A stretch of 64,000 bases of DNA from an uncultured Burkholderiales bacterium (GTDB taxonomy: Bacteria; Actinomycetota; Acidimicrobiia; IMCC26256; JACPCJ01), in NCBI GenBank assembly GCA_964438505.1, contig CAYTKN010000015.1:1883-65882 (forward strand), written 5' to 3'. Made by a program: the position numbers and the translations under genes. Positions 30,577 through 39,358 of this stretch are shown here, piece after piece. Below the pieces are notes generated by a model. It worked only from the letters and a program-made list of their open reading frames with translations. It searched no databases and was not told the DNA's origin. How positions within the stretch are numbered: the first letter of the stretch is position 1; every line of letters begins with the position of its first letter.

Positions 30577-31230
30577 TTGGACCTCCAGGATCAGCTGATC
30601 CTCTACGGCGCGCTCGTCGTCGCCGTCATCCTCCACGAGATCAGCCACGGGGTGGTCGCGCTGGCCTTCGGCGACGACACGGCCCGGCGCTCCGGCCGGC
30701 TGACCCTCAACCCGGTGCCGCACATCGACCCGGTCGGCTCCGTGCTGCTGCCGGCGATGGCGGTGCTCGCCAATCTGCCGGTCCTCGGCTGGGCCAAGCC
30801 CGTGCCGGTGAATCCCGCCAAGCTCGGGAACCCGCGACGACAGATGGTGTGGGTGGGGATCGCCGGGCCGATCACCAACTTCACGCTCATGTTCGTCGCG
30901 GCGGTCGCGGTCCGCTCGCTCATCGACCCCGCCACCGGGCAGGGCTTCCGCCTCGTGGGCACGGTCGCGGAGCTCCAGCTCCTGCCGCAGGTGCTGTGGT
31001 CGTTCGCGCTCGTGAACCTGTTCCTCGGGGTGTTCAACATGTTGCCGATCCCGCCGCTGGACGGCTCGTCGCTGATCGAGCGGGTCCTGCCGCGCCGGCA
31101 CCTCCTCGCCTGGCACAAGTTCCGCCCGTACGGGTTCCTGGTGATCTTCGCCGGTCTGTTCTTCTTCGACCTCTTCGGCACGATCATCCAGCCGTTCTTC
31201 GACGTGCTCAGCGACTTCATCCAGCAGTAG
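30577..31230 (+). CDS. Site-2 protease family (peptidase M50) membrane protein
   Basis: It has HEISHG (HExxH) in the first TM, followed by LNPVPHIDPVGS and NMLPIPPLDGS. It is 217 aa and starts with TTG. Confidence 0.8.
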   Translation: MDLQDQLILYGALVVAVILHEISHGVVALAFGDDTARRSGRLTLNPVPHIDPVGSVLLPAMAVLANLPVLGWAKPVPVNPAKLGNPRRQMVWVGIAGPITNFTLMFVAAVAVRSLIDPATGQGFRLVGTVAELQLLPQVLWSFALVNLFLGVFNMLPIPPLDGSSLIERVLPRRHLLAWHKFRPYGFLVIFAGLFFFDLFGTIIQPFFDVLSDFIQQ

Positions 31231-31303
31231 GGCCGCGCGCTGCGCCGCGGGCCGCGCCGCGCGCGGGCTCAAGGCCCGGGGCGCCGCCGCCGATGCAGCG
31301 GAC

Positions 31304-31816
31304 GTGGAGGACTACACCGTCCGGCTCGAGCGCGCGCCCCGACCGTCCGAGGAGCGGGAGCACCTCCGCCCCGTCCACCGGGCGCGGCGCCGGCGCTGGC
31401 CCGTCCTGCTCGGCGTGCTCCTCGTGCTCGCCGTCGCGGTGCAGCTCGAACGCGACTTCTTCTTGGACCTGGTCGACCGCGGCGTCGACTCGGCCACCGA
31501 GCCGGTGCGGCGCCTCCAGGGCGAGGACCAGCTCCGGCGGGCCACCGAGGTTGTCGGAGCGCAGTGGGCGGAGGACGGCACCCACCGCGTGAGCGCGTCG
31601 CGCCTCGACCAGTTGGAGCCGGCGCTCGACTGGGAGAGAACGCTCGAGTACCGGTCGTGCCTGGGCGGGACCGCGGCGGTGGTCACGGCTGGGACCGCGC
31701 GGGGCGACATCAGCCGGCTGTTCGTGCGGGGTGCCAAGCACGGCGACGTCGCGGGGAGCCCCGGATGCCCGGCGTCGTCGCGCGACCTCTCGCCCTGGCC
31801 CGAGGTCGGCTACTGA
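31304..31816 (+). CDS. Hypothetical membrane-anchored protein
   Basis: The 170-aa product shows strong third-position G/C bias. It has one TM (WPVLLGVLLVLAVAV) after a basic N-terminus. I recognise no family. Confidence 0.55.
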   Translation: MEDYTVRLERAPRPSEEREHLRPVHRARRRRWPVLLGVLLVLAVAVQLERDFFLDLVDRGVDSATEPVRRLQGEDQLRRATEVVGAQWAEDGTHRVSASRLDQLEPALDWERTLEYRSCLGGTAAVVTAGTARGDISRLFVRGAKHGDVAGSPGCPASSRDLSPWPEVGY

Positions 31817-31840
31817 GGCCCTCGCCGACCCCGGGAAACC

Positions 31841-31880
31841 CTCGTCAACGGTCGTCAACCGTCGTCAACCGTCGTTCTCG
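31841..31880. repeat. 10-bp tandem repeat (gtcgtcaacc) x ~4
   Basis: The copies are ctcgtcaacg (31841-50), gtcgtcaacc (31851-60), gtcgtcaacc (31861-70) and gtcgttctcg (31871-80). Confidence 0.85.
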
Positions 31881-31901
31881 ACACGGGACGTCAGAACGAC
31901 G
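31870..31901. terminator. Candidate bidirectional hairpin terminator between convergent genes
   Basis: cgtcgttct(c)gac at 31870-31882 pairs with gtcagaacgacg at 31890-31901, giving 12 bp with one bulge and a 7-nt loop. It lies between the stop at 31816 (+) and the trpS stop at 31915 (-). Confidence 0.45.
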
Positions 31902-31914
31902 CCGGCTCCCGGTG

Positions 31915-32904
31915 TCAGGAACGAGGGAGGAAGCCCATCGCCCGGCGGGCGCGGGCGAGCACGGGACGGGCGGTCTCACGCGCTCGCTCGGCGCCCTCGC
32001 GGAGGGTCTGCTCGAGGCCCGCGCGGTCGCCCATGAGCTCGGGCAGGCGTGACCGGATCGGCTCCAGGTAGTCGACCACCGCGTCGGCGACCGCCTGCTT
32101 GAACGCCCCGTAGCCGGCGTCGCGGTGCTCCTCCTCGAGGTCGGCCACCGGGGTGCCGGTCACCGACGAGAGGATGTCGAGCAGGTTCGAGATCCCGGGC
32201 TTCTCGACGGTGTCGCGGCGCACCTCGCGCCCCGAGTCGGTGACGGCCGACTTGATCTTCTTGGTCAGCACCTCGGGAGGGTCCGAGAGCAGCAGCGTCC
32301 CCTGCGGCGAGAGCGACGACTTCGACATCTTGTCGGTCGGCGACTGGAGGTCCATCACCCGGGCGCCCACGGGCGGCACGGTGGCGTCGGGCACGACGAA
32401 GGTGTCCCCGAAGCGGTGGTTGAAGCGCGCGGCGACGTCGCGGGCGAGCTCGAGGTGCTGACGCTGGTCGTCGCCGACGGGCACGCGCTCGGTGTCGTAG
32501 AGGAGGATGTCGGCGGCCATGAGCACCGGGTAGTCGAACAGGCCGGCGGTCACCGACTCGCGCTCGCCCGCCTTCTCCTTGAACTGCGTCATCCGCTGGA
32601 GCTCGCTGAAGCCGGTGACGCAGTTGAGCAGCCAGGCGAGCTCCGCGTGCTCGGGCACGTGGCTCTGCACGAACAGGGTGCACCGGTCGGGGTCGAGACC
32701 GCACGCCAGCGCGAGCGCCACGGTGCGCAGGGTGCGCTCGGTCAGCTCGTCCGGCGGGTAGTCGACCGTCACCGCGTGGAGGTCGACGATGCAGTAGACC
32801 GCGTCGTGGCGCTCCTGGTCGGCGACCCAGTTGCGCACCGCCCCGAGGTAGTTGCCCAGGTGCAGCTCGCCGCTGGGTTGGATGCCGGAGAAGACGCGTG
32901 CCAT
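31915..32904 (-). CDS. trpS: Tryptophan--tRNA ligase
   Basis: The ATG at 32904 is in frame in track ORF 31915..33516. The product reads MARVFSGIQPSGELHLGNYLG (HIGH-like) with KMSKS, and is 329 aa. Confidence 0.93.
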   Translation of the reverse strand: MARVFSGIQPSGELHLGNYLGAVRNWVADQERHDAVYCIVDLHAVTVDYPPDELTERTLRTVALALACGLDPDRCTLFVQSHVPEHAELAWLLNCVTGFSELQRMTQFKEKAGERESVTAGLFDYPVLMAADILLYDTERVPVGDDQRQHLELARDVAARFNHRFGDTFVVPDATVPPVGARVMDLQSPTDKMSKSSLSPQGTLLLSDPPEVLTKKIKSAVTDSGREVRRDTVEKPGISNLLDILSSVTGTPVADLEEEHRDAGYGAFKQAVADAVVDYLEPIRSRLPELMGDRAGLEQTLREGAERARETARPVLARARRAMGFLPRS

Positions 32905-32913
32905 CGCCGCCGG

Positions 32914-32919
32914 AGCGTA
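32914..32919 (-). promoter_or_regulatory. Candidate -10 box (TACGCT on the minus strand) for trpS
   Basis: This TANNNT hexamer ends 9 nt before the trpS ATG (32904), implying a very short leader or none. Confidence 0.3.
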
Positions 32920-32999
32920 GTCCCGGCGGGTCGTCGCGCCCCGGATCGCTTCCCGCCCGTCCGTCACGGGCGGTCCGCAGCACGGCGCGCGCCGCCCGG

Positions 33000-33005
33000 T
33001 ACGCT
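33000..33005 (+). promoter_or_regulatory. Candidate -10 box (TACGCT) of the leaderless scpA transcript
   Basis: This TANNNT hexamer ends 7 nt before the ATG at 33013, with no SD sequence. Confidence 0.4.
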
Positions 33006-33012
33006 GGGCCCG

Positions 33013-33840
33013 ATGGCCTACGAGGTCTCGACCGCCGTGTTCGCGGGTCCTTTCGACCTGCTGTTGCACCTCATCACCCGCGAGGAGGTCGACATCTACG
33101 AGGTGTCGCTCTCCGAGATCGTCGACGCGTACTTGGACGAGCTGTCGCGCATGGAGGCCCTCGACCTCGACGTGACCACCGAGTTCCTGCTCATCGCGGC
33201 GACCCTGGTGGAGCTCAAGGCGCGCCGCCTGCTCCCCGGCCGCGCCGAGCTCGACCTCGACGAGGAGTTGCTCTACGAGGAGCGCGACCTGCTCCTCGCC
33301 CGGCTGCTGGAGTGCAAGACGTTCAAGGACGCGGCGGCGACGCTCGACGACCTCCGCCGCGCGGCCGCCCGGTCCGTGCCGCGCGGCATCGGCCCCGAGG
33401 AGCCCTTCGCGTCGATGCGACCGGACCCGCTCGCCCAGGCGGGGACCCGGCGGCTGCTCGCCGCCGCCCGCCGCGCCTTCACCCCCCGCGAGGAGCCCCG
33501 CGTCAGCCTCGACCACGTGACCCCGATCCGGGTCACCGTGCGCGACGCCATCGACGACGTCCTCGCCGCGCTACCCGACGACGGCGAGGTGTCGTTCCGG
33601 CGCCTCGCGGCCGACGCCGGGGACCGCATCGGGGTGGTGGTCCGCTTCCTGGCGGTCCTGGAGCTGTACAAGCGGGGGGTGGTCGACATCGACCAGCCCA
33701 CCGTGTTCGGGGAGATGGTCGTCCGGCGGGTCGCCGCCGGCGACGGCGTCGACCTGAGCGGTCTCGACGAGGAGTGGGACGACGGGCGCGACCTCGAGCG
33801 CGACGACGGGCGCCGCGGCGTCGTGGAGGGCGCGGAGTGA
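33013..33840 (+). CDS. scpA: Segregation and condensation protein A
   Basis: The ATG at 33013 is in frame in track ORF 32125..33840. The product reads FAGPFDLLLHLITREEVDIYEVSLSEIVDAYL. Confidence 0.88.
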   Translation: MAYEVSTAVFAGPFDLLLHLITREEVDIYEVSLSEIVDAYLDELSRMEALDLDVTTEFLLIAATLVELKARRLLPGRAELDLDEELLYEERDLLLARLLECKTFKDAAATLDDLRRAAARSVPRGIGPEEPFASMRPDPLAQAGTRRLLAAARRAFTPREEPRVSLDHVTPIRVTVRDAIDDVLAALPDDGEVSFRRLAADAGDRIGVVVRFLAVLELYKRGVVDIDQPTVFGEMVVRRVAAGDGVDLSGLDEEWDDGRDLERDDGRRGVVEGAE

Positions 33841-34538
33841 ACGGAGCGAACGGAGCCGGCGACACCGGCGACACCGGCGGCACCGGCGAGACCGACCGGG
33901 CCGACCGTGCGAGCGATCGGGACCCGACGCTGGCGCGGGCCGTCGAGGCGGTGCTCATGGCGGCGACCGAGCCGGTCGAGACCTCCACCCTCGCCCAGCT
34001 CCTGGAGGTCCCCCGCAGCGAGGTCGAGGTGGTCTGCGAGGACCTCGCCCGCGGCTACGAGCGCGAGGCGCGGGGGTTCGTGCTCGGTCGGGTGGCGGGC
34101 GGCTGGCGGTACCTCACCGCACCGGACCTCGCGGACTACGTGGAGCGCTTCGTCCTCGAAGGCCAGCGCTCCCGCATGTCGGGCGCCGCGCTCGAGACCC
34201 TCGCCATCGTCGCCTACAAGCAGCCCGTGTCGCGGGCGCAGATCGCGGCCATCCGCGGCGTCAACGTCGACAGCGTCGTCACCACGCTGCTCGAGCGCGG
34301 CTACGTCGAGGAGGTCGGGCGCGACCCGGGCCCGGGCAACGCCGTCCTCTACGGCACGACGAGGACGTTCCTCGAGCACCTCGGCCTCGACTCGCTCGCG
34401 GACCTGCCCCCGCTCTCCGAGTTCGTCCCCGAGCGCGGCGTGGTCGACGCGCTGGAGCGGACCCTGCTGGCGGGGCGCGACACGGCCGCCGAGCGGCCCT
34501 CCGACGCCACCTCCGGCGACGATGGCGGCGAGGGGTGA
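33837..34538 (+). CDS. scpB: Segregation and condensation protein B
   Basis: The GTG at 33837 forms a GTGA overlap with the scpA stop. The product reads LSGAALETLAIVAYKQPVSRAQIAAIRGVN.. Confidence 0.85.
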   Translation: MNGANGAGDTGDTGGTGETDRADRASDRDPTLARAVEAVLMAATEPVETSTLAQLLEVPRSEVEVVCEDLARGYEREARGFVLGRVAGGWRYLTAPDLADYVERFVLEGQRSRMSGAALETLAIVAYKQPVSRAQIAAIRGVNVDSVVTTLLERGYVEEVGRDPGPGNAVLYGTTRTFLEHLGLDSLADLPPLSEFVPERGVVDALERTLLAGRDTAAERPSDATSGDDGGEG

Positions 34539-35301
34539 CGCCGGGGCGGAGGGTGTCCGCCTCCAGAAGGTCCTGGCGCGTGCGGGCATCGGGTCGCGCC
34601 GCGCGTGCGAGGAGCTGATCGCCGCCGGGCGGGTCGCGGTCGACGGCGAGACCGCCGTGCTGGGTCGACGGGTCGACCCGGAGCCCGACCGCATCACCCT
34701 CGACGGGGTGCCGGTGCCGGCGCGCGAGGGCCTCGTCTACTACCTCCTCAACAAGCCCCTCGGGGTCGTGACCACCGCCAAGGACCCGCAGGGGCGCCCC
34801 ACGGTGCTCGACCTGGTTCCCGAGGAGCCCCGCGTCGTGCCCGCCGGGCGCCTCGACCTCGACACGGAGGGGCTGATCGTGCTGACCAACGACGGCGACC
34901 TCGTCCAGACGCTCACCCATCCCAGCCGCGGCGTGGAGAAGGAGTACCTCGCGGAGGTCGAGGGCGAGCCGGCGCCCCTGACGCTGCGGAGGCTCCGCGA
35001 CGGCGTGCGCCTCGACGACGGGGTCACCGCCCCCGCCCGGGCGAACGTGTCGCAGGTCAGCGGCGGTCGCGCCGCCGTCGTGCTCGTCGTGCACGAGGGC
35101 CGGAACCGGCAGGTGCGGCGGATGCTCGACGAGGTCGGCCATCCGGTCCGCCGCCTGGTGCGGACGCGGGTCGGCGCGCTCGCCGACCCCGACCTCGCCC
35201 CCGGCGAGTGGCGCCGGCTCGACCCCGCCGAGGTGCGATCCCTGTACGAGGCGTCCTCCCCGCACTCCCCGCACCCGGAGCCGGGAGGGGCATCCTCCTA
35301 G
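34522..35301 (+). CDS. rluB: Pseudouridine synthase (RluB/RsuA family)
   Basis: The ATG at 34522 is in frame in track ORF 33907..35301. It has an S4 domain (RLQKVLARAGIGSRRACEELI) and the catalytic GRLDLDTEGLIVLTNDG. Confidence 0.88.
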   Translation: MAARGDAGAEGVRLQKVLARAGIGSRRACEELIAAGRVAVDGETAVLGRRVDPEPDRITLDGVPVPAREGLVYYLLNKPLGVVTTAKDPQGRPTVLDLVPEEPRVVPAGRLDLDTEGLIVLTNDGDLVQTLTHPSRGVEKEYLAEVEGEPAPLTLRRLRDGVRLDDGVTAPARANVSQVSGGRAAVVLVVHEGRNRQVRRMLDEVGHPVRRLVRTRVGALADPDLAPGEWRRLDPAEVRSLYEASSPHSPHPEPGGASS

Positions 35302-35312
35302 ACTTCCCGCCC

Positions 35313-35675
35313 GTGAGGCTTCGGGCCCTGAGAGGTGCGATCACGCTGGAGCGGGACGTCCGCGACGAGGTGATGACCAAGACGCGGCGTCTCGTCGAGG
35401 CGATGCTGGCGCGCAACGAGGTCGCCCACGACGACATCGTCAGCATCATCTTCACCGCCACCGAAGACATCACGGCCGAGTTCCCCGCGGCGGCGGCCCG
35501 GGCCGCGGGCCTGGGGGACGTCCCGCTGCTGTGCGCGCGGGAGCTGTCCATCGAGGGAGGGACCCCGCTGTGCGTGCGGGTGCTGATGCACATCGAGACC
35601 GACCGGCGTCGTGACGAGCTGGCGCACGTGTACCTGGACGGTGCGCGCGCCCTGCGCGACGACCTGCCGGAGTAG
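35313..35675 (+). CDS. aroH: Chorismate mutase, AroH class
   Basis: The GTG at 35313 is in frame in track ORF 34605..35675. The product reads LRALRGAITLE..IVSIIFTATEDITAEFPA and is 120 aa. Confidence 0.8.
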   Translation: MRLRALRGAITLERDVRDEVMTKTRRLVEAMLARNEVAHDDIVSIIFTATEDITAEFPAAAARAAGLGDVPLLCARELSIEGGTPLCVRVLMHIETDRRRDELAHVYLDGARALRDDLPE

Positions 35676-35677
35676 CC

Positions 35678-36772
35678 GTGGGCGAGCGCGTCGGCGTGGT
35701 GGGGCTCGGACTGGTCGGCGGCTCGCTGGGCGCTGCCCTGCGGCGCGCCGGTCACGACGTGGTCGGCCACGACCGGGACCCGTCGCGCGCCCAGCGGGCC
35801 CTCGACGAGGGGATCGTCGACCGCCTCGCCGGCTCGGTCGCCGCGGCCTCCCAGGCGACCGACGTGGTCTTCGTCTGCGTGCCGGTGGGCGCCCTGGTGG
35901 AGGTCGTGCTCGAGGCGCTCGAGGCCGGGCAGGCCGTCGTGACCGACGTCGGCTCGGTGAAGGCCTCGATCGTGGAGGCCGTCGAGGCCGGCGCCGGCGC
36001 ACGGCGACGCCGGTTCGTCGGCGGCCACCCCATGGCGGGCTCCGAGCAGGAGGGCCTCGCCGGGGCGGACCCCGACCTCTTCGAGGGCGCCACCTGGGTC
36101 CTCACCCCCACCGAGGACACCAGCGCCGACGTGTTCACGCTGCTGCGCGGGATCATCCGGAGCGTCGGCGCCGAGGTCGTCGCGGTCGACGCCGCCCACC
36201 ACGACGTGCTGGTGGCGACCGTCAGCCACGTGCCGCACCTCGCGGCGGGCACGCTGATGCTGCGCGCGGCCCGGGAGGCCGCCGACGACCAGGCGGTGCT
36301 GCTGCGCCTCGCCGCGGGAGGGTTCCGTGACATGACCCGCATCGCGTCCGGGCACCCCGGCATCTGGCCGGACATCTGCGTCGAGAACCGCGACGCCATC
36401 GTCGCCGCCCTCGACGGCTACCTCGAGAGCCTCACCGAGATGCGCGACGTGGTCGCCGCCGGCGACCGCGACCGGCTCCTCGCCTCGCTGGAGTCGGCCC
36501 GCGAGGCGCGCACCAACCTGCCGATCGCCGCGCTCGACGAGGGTCCGTTCGTCGAGCTGAGGGTCCCCGTGCCCGACCGCCCCGGCGTCCTCGCCGAGGT
36601 CACCACCCTCGCCGGGCAGCTCGACGTGAACATCGCCGACCTCGAGATCGCCCACTCGATGGAAGGGCCGGCGGGCGTCCTCGTCGTCACGGTCCCCGAG
36701 GGCCGCGCGGCGGACCTCGAGGAGGGCCTCGCGCGCCTCGGCTACCACTCGTCCCGCAGGGCGATCGAATGA
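35678..36772 (+). CDS. tyrA: Prephenate dehydrogenase with a C-terminal ACT domain
   Basis: It has the VGVVGLGLVGGSLG Rossmann motif and GGHPMAGSE. Its C-terminal ~70 aa are ACT-like. Confidence 0.85.
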   Translation: MGERVGVVGLGLVGGSLGAALRRAGHDVVGHDRDPSRAQRALDEGIVDRLAGSVAAASQATDVVFVCVPVGALVEVVLEALEAGQAVVTDVGSVKASIVEAVEAGAGARRRRFVGGHPMAGSEQEGLAGADPDLFEGATWVLTPTEDTSADVFTLLRGIIRSVGAEVVAVDAAHHDVLVATVSHVPHLAAGTLMLRAAREAADDQAVLLRLAAGGFRDMTRIASGHPGIWPDICVENRDAIVAALDGYLESLTEMRDVVAAGDRDRLLASLESAREARTNLPIAALDEGPFVELRVPVPDRPGVLAEVTTLAGQLDVNIADLEIAHSMEGPAGVLVVTVPEGRAADLEEGLARLGYHSSRRAIE

Positions 36773-38067
36773 GCCCCCGGGGCGGCAGCACCCTCACCGT
36801 GGCGGGCTCGCGGCCGCTGCGCGGCACCGTGCGGGTGCCGGGCGACAAGTCGATCTCGCACCGGGCGTTGCTCCTCGCCGGAGTGGCCGAGGGGCGGACG
36901 CGCCTCGCCGGTCTGGCGACCGGCGACGACGTGGCGCGGACGCGGGGACTCCTCGAGGCGTGCGGGGTGCGGATCAAGGGATCCGCCAGCCGGCTGCGGG
37001 TGGTCGGTACGGGCTGGGACGGGATCCGCGAGCCCGACGGCGTCGTCGGGTGCGGCAACTCGGGCACGACGCTGCGCATCGGCCTCGGGTGGCTGGCCGG
37101 TCGGCCGTTCCACACCGTGCTGACCGGCGACGCGTCGCTGTCGCGCCGCCCCATGCTGCGGGTCGTCGAGCCGCTGCGCGCGATGGGCGCCTCGATCGAC
37201 GGGCGAAGCGACGCCCGCCACACGCCCCTGGCGATCCGCGGCGGCGGCCTCACGGGCCGGCGCCACGAGCTGAGCGTGGCGAGCGCGCAGGTGAAGTCCG
37301 CGCTGCTCCTCGCCGGCCTCCAGGCGGAAGGGACCACCGAGGTGGTCGAGCCGGGCCCGAGCCGCGACCACACCGAGCGGATGCTCTCGGCGCTCGGTGT
37401 GCCGGTGCGCACCGGGGAGAGCGTGGCGGTGGAGGCCGCGACGGTGCCGGGATTCGAGATGGAGATCCCCGGCGACCCGTCGTCCGCGGCGTTCTTCGTC
37501 GTCGGCGCCCTCGTCACTCCCGGCTCGGAGGTCACCGTCGAGGGTGTGGCGCTCAACCCCCGCCGGACCGCCTACCTGGAGGTGCTCGCCCGCATGGGAG
37601 CCGCGGTCGAGGTGGAGCAGACCGGCGAGGCGCTCGGCGAGCCCTACGGGACGATCCGCGCGGCGTCGTGCCCGCTCGAGGGCACCGTCGTGGAGGGCGA
37701 CGAGATCCCGAGGGTCATCGACGAGATCCCGGCGCTCGCGGTCGCCGCGGCGTTCGCAGCGACCCCCACCGAGGTGCGCGACGCCGAGGAGCTGCGGGTG
37801 AAGGAGACCGACCGGATCGGGGCGATCGAGCAGGAGCTCTCCCAGATGGGCGTCGACGTCGAGGCCCGCCGGGACGGCCTGGTGATCCGGGGAGGCCGCC
37901 CGTGCGCCGGCCGCTTCAAGAGCCACGGCGACCACCGCATCGCCATGGCGGCCGCCGTCGCCGCGAACGCCTGCGACGGCGAGTCGCGGGTGCAGGGCTG
38001 GGGCGCGGTCGCCTCGTCGTACCCGGAGTTCGCTGACGACCTCGAGCGGCTCACGGCGTCGACGTGA
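36769..38067 (+). CDS. aroA: 3-phosphoshikimate 1-carboxyvinyltransferase (EPSP synthase)
   Basis: The product reads LRGTVRVPGDKSISHRALLLAG..NSGTTLR..DHRIAMA and is 432 aa. It forms an ATGA overlap with tyrA. Confidence 0.93.
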   Translation: MSPRGGSTLTVAGSRPLRGTVRVPGDKSISHRALLLAGVAEGRTRLAGLATGDDVARTRGLLEACGVRIKGSASRLRVVGTGWDGIREPDGVVGCGNSGTTLRIGLGWLAGRPFHTVLTGDASLSRRPMLRVVEPLRAMGASIDGRSDARHTPLAIRGGGLTGRRHELSVASAQVKSALLLAGLQAEGTTEVVEPGPSRDHTERMLSALGVPVRTGESVAVEAATVPGFEMEIPGDPSSAAFFVVGALVTPGSEVTVEGVALNPRRTAYLEVLARMGAAVEVEQTGEALGEPYGTIRAASCPLEGTVVEGDEIPRVIDEIPALAVAAAFAATPTEVRDAEELRVKETDRIGAIEQELSQMGVDVEARRDGLVIRGGRPCAGRFKSHGDHRIAMAAAVAANACDGESRVQGWGAVASSYPEFADDLERLTAST

Positions 38068-38732
38068 ACCGCGTCGTCGCCATCGACGGGCCGGCCGGGT
38101 CGGGCAAGTCGACCGTGGCGCGTGGGGTCGCCGCGCGCCTGGGCCTCGAGGTGCTCGACACCGGAGCCATGTACCGGGCGGTCACCCTCGGGCTGCTGCG
38201 AGCCGGCGTCGACCCGGCGGCGAGCGAGCCCGACACCGTCACCGAGCTGGCCCGCTCGCTGCGGATCGAGGTGGACGAGCGGGTGGTGCTCGACGGCGAC
38301 GACGTCACCGACGCCGTCAGGGGGCCCGAGGTCACCGCGTCGGTCTCCGCCGTCTCCGCCGTCCCCGGCGTGCGCGTCGAGCTCGTGGAGCGCCAACGCG
38401 CCTGGGTCGAGGCCCGCGGCGGCGGGGTCGTGGAGGGCCGGGACATCGGGACGGTGGTGTTCCCGGACGCCCCCGTCAAGGTGTTCCTCACCGCCAGCGA
38501 CGCGGTGCGCGCCGCGCGGCGCCGCGGCGACGAGCTCGCCGCGCAGCGTCCCTCCGAGGTGGAGGCGATCCGCGCGGCCATCGAACGCCGGGACCGGTTG
38601 GACTCCTCGCGCGCGGTGTCGCCGCTGCGGGCCGCCGAGGACGCGATGGTGGTCGACACCTCGGAGCTGGACGTACAAGATGTCGTGGAGCGGGTGTTGG
38701 ACCAGGTCGACAGGGCAGGGTTGATGCGATGA
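38064..38732 (+). CDS. cmk: Cytidylate kinase
   Basis: The product reads VVAIDGPAGSGKSTVARGVAARLGLEVLDTGAMYRA. It forms a GTGA overlap with aroA. Confidence 0.92.
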   Translation: MNRVVAIDGPAGSGKSTVARGVAARLGLEVLDTGAMYRAVTLGLLRAGVDPAASEPDTVTELARSLRIEVDERVVLDGDDVTDAVRGPEVTASVSAVSAVPGVRVELVERQRAWVEARGGGVVEGRDIGTVVFPDAPVKVFLTASDAVRAARRRGDELAAQRPSEVEAIRAAIERRDRLDSSRAVSPLRAAEDAMVVDTSELDVQDVVERVLDQVDRAGLMR

Positions 38733-39358
38733 AGCTCGGCTACCGGTTGGGGTGGTGGTTCGTCTACGGGGTCTCGAAGCTCCTGTGGCGCATCCGCGTC
38801 GAGGGCAGCGAGCGCATCCCGCGCCACGGACCCGTCGTGATCGCCCCCTCGCACCGCTCGAACCTGGACGTCTTCTACGCGCCGCTGGTTACCACGCGGC
38901 GGTGCCGGTTCATGGCCAAGCGGGAGGTCTGGAAGTCGCGGCTCCTCGGCCGGCTGGCCGAGTACTTCGGCGCGTTCCCCGTGACCCGCGGCGAGGTCGA
39001 CCGCGCGGCGCTGCGGACCTCGACCGAGGTCCTCGAGGCGGGCGAGCCGCTCGTGGTCTACCCGGAGGGCACCCGCCGGGAGGGCCCGGTCATCGAGGAC
39101 CTCCACGACGGCGCCGCGTACCTGGCGGCCCGCCTCGGTGTGCCGATCGTCCCGGTGGGCATCGGTGGCACCGAGCGCATCCTCGGGAAGGGCCGGAAGA
39201 TCCCCCGGCTGCACCGCGTCCAGCTCGTGGTGGGCGAGCCGATCGCCCCGCCGCGGCGCGGCGCGGCCAAGCGCTCCGAGGTGCGGGCGCTGACCGCCGA
39301 CCTCGAGGTGGCGCTCCAGAAGACCTTCGACGAGGCGCAGGCCCTCCTGCGCTCGTGA
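38729..39358 (+). CDS. plsC: 1-acyl-sn-glycerol-3-phosphate acyltransferase (PlsC family)
   Basis: It has PSHRSNLD (HX4D), FPVTRG and YPEGTR motifs. It forms an ATGA overlap with cmk. Confidence 0.85.
   Translation: MKLGYRLGWWFVYGVSKLLWRIRVEGSERIPRHGPVVIAPSHRSNLDVFYAPLVTTRRCRFMAKREVWKSRLLGRLAEYFGAFPVTRGEVDRAALRTSTEVLEAGEPLVVYPEGTRREGPVIEDLHDGAAYLAARLGVPIVPVGIGGTERILGKGRKIPRLHRVQLVVGEPIAPPRRGAAKRSEVRALTADLEVALQKTFDEAQALLRS

Noticed and set aside
32905-33012. A T-box riboswitch upstream of trpS.
   Set aside because: The whole spacer shared with divergent scpA is only 108 nt. That is too short for a T-box leader, and I found no specifier or T-box sequence.
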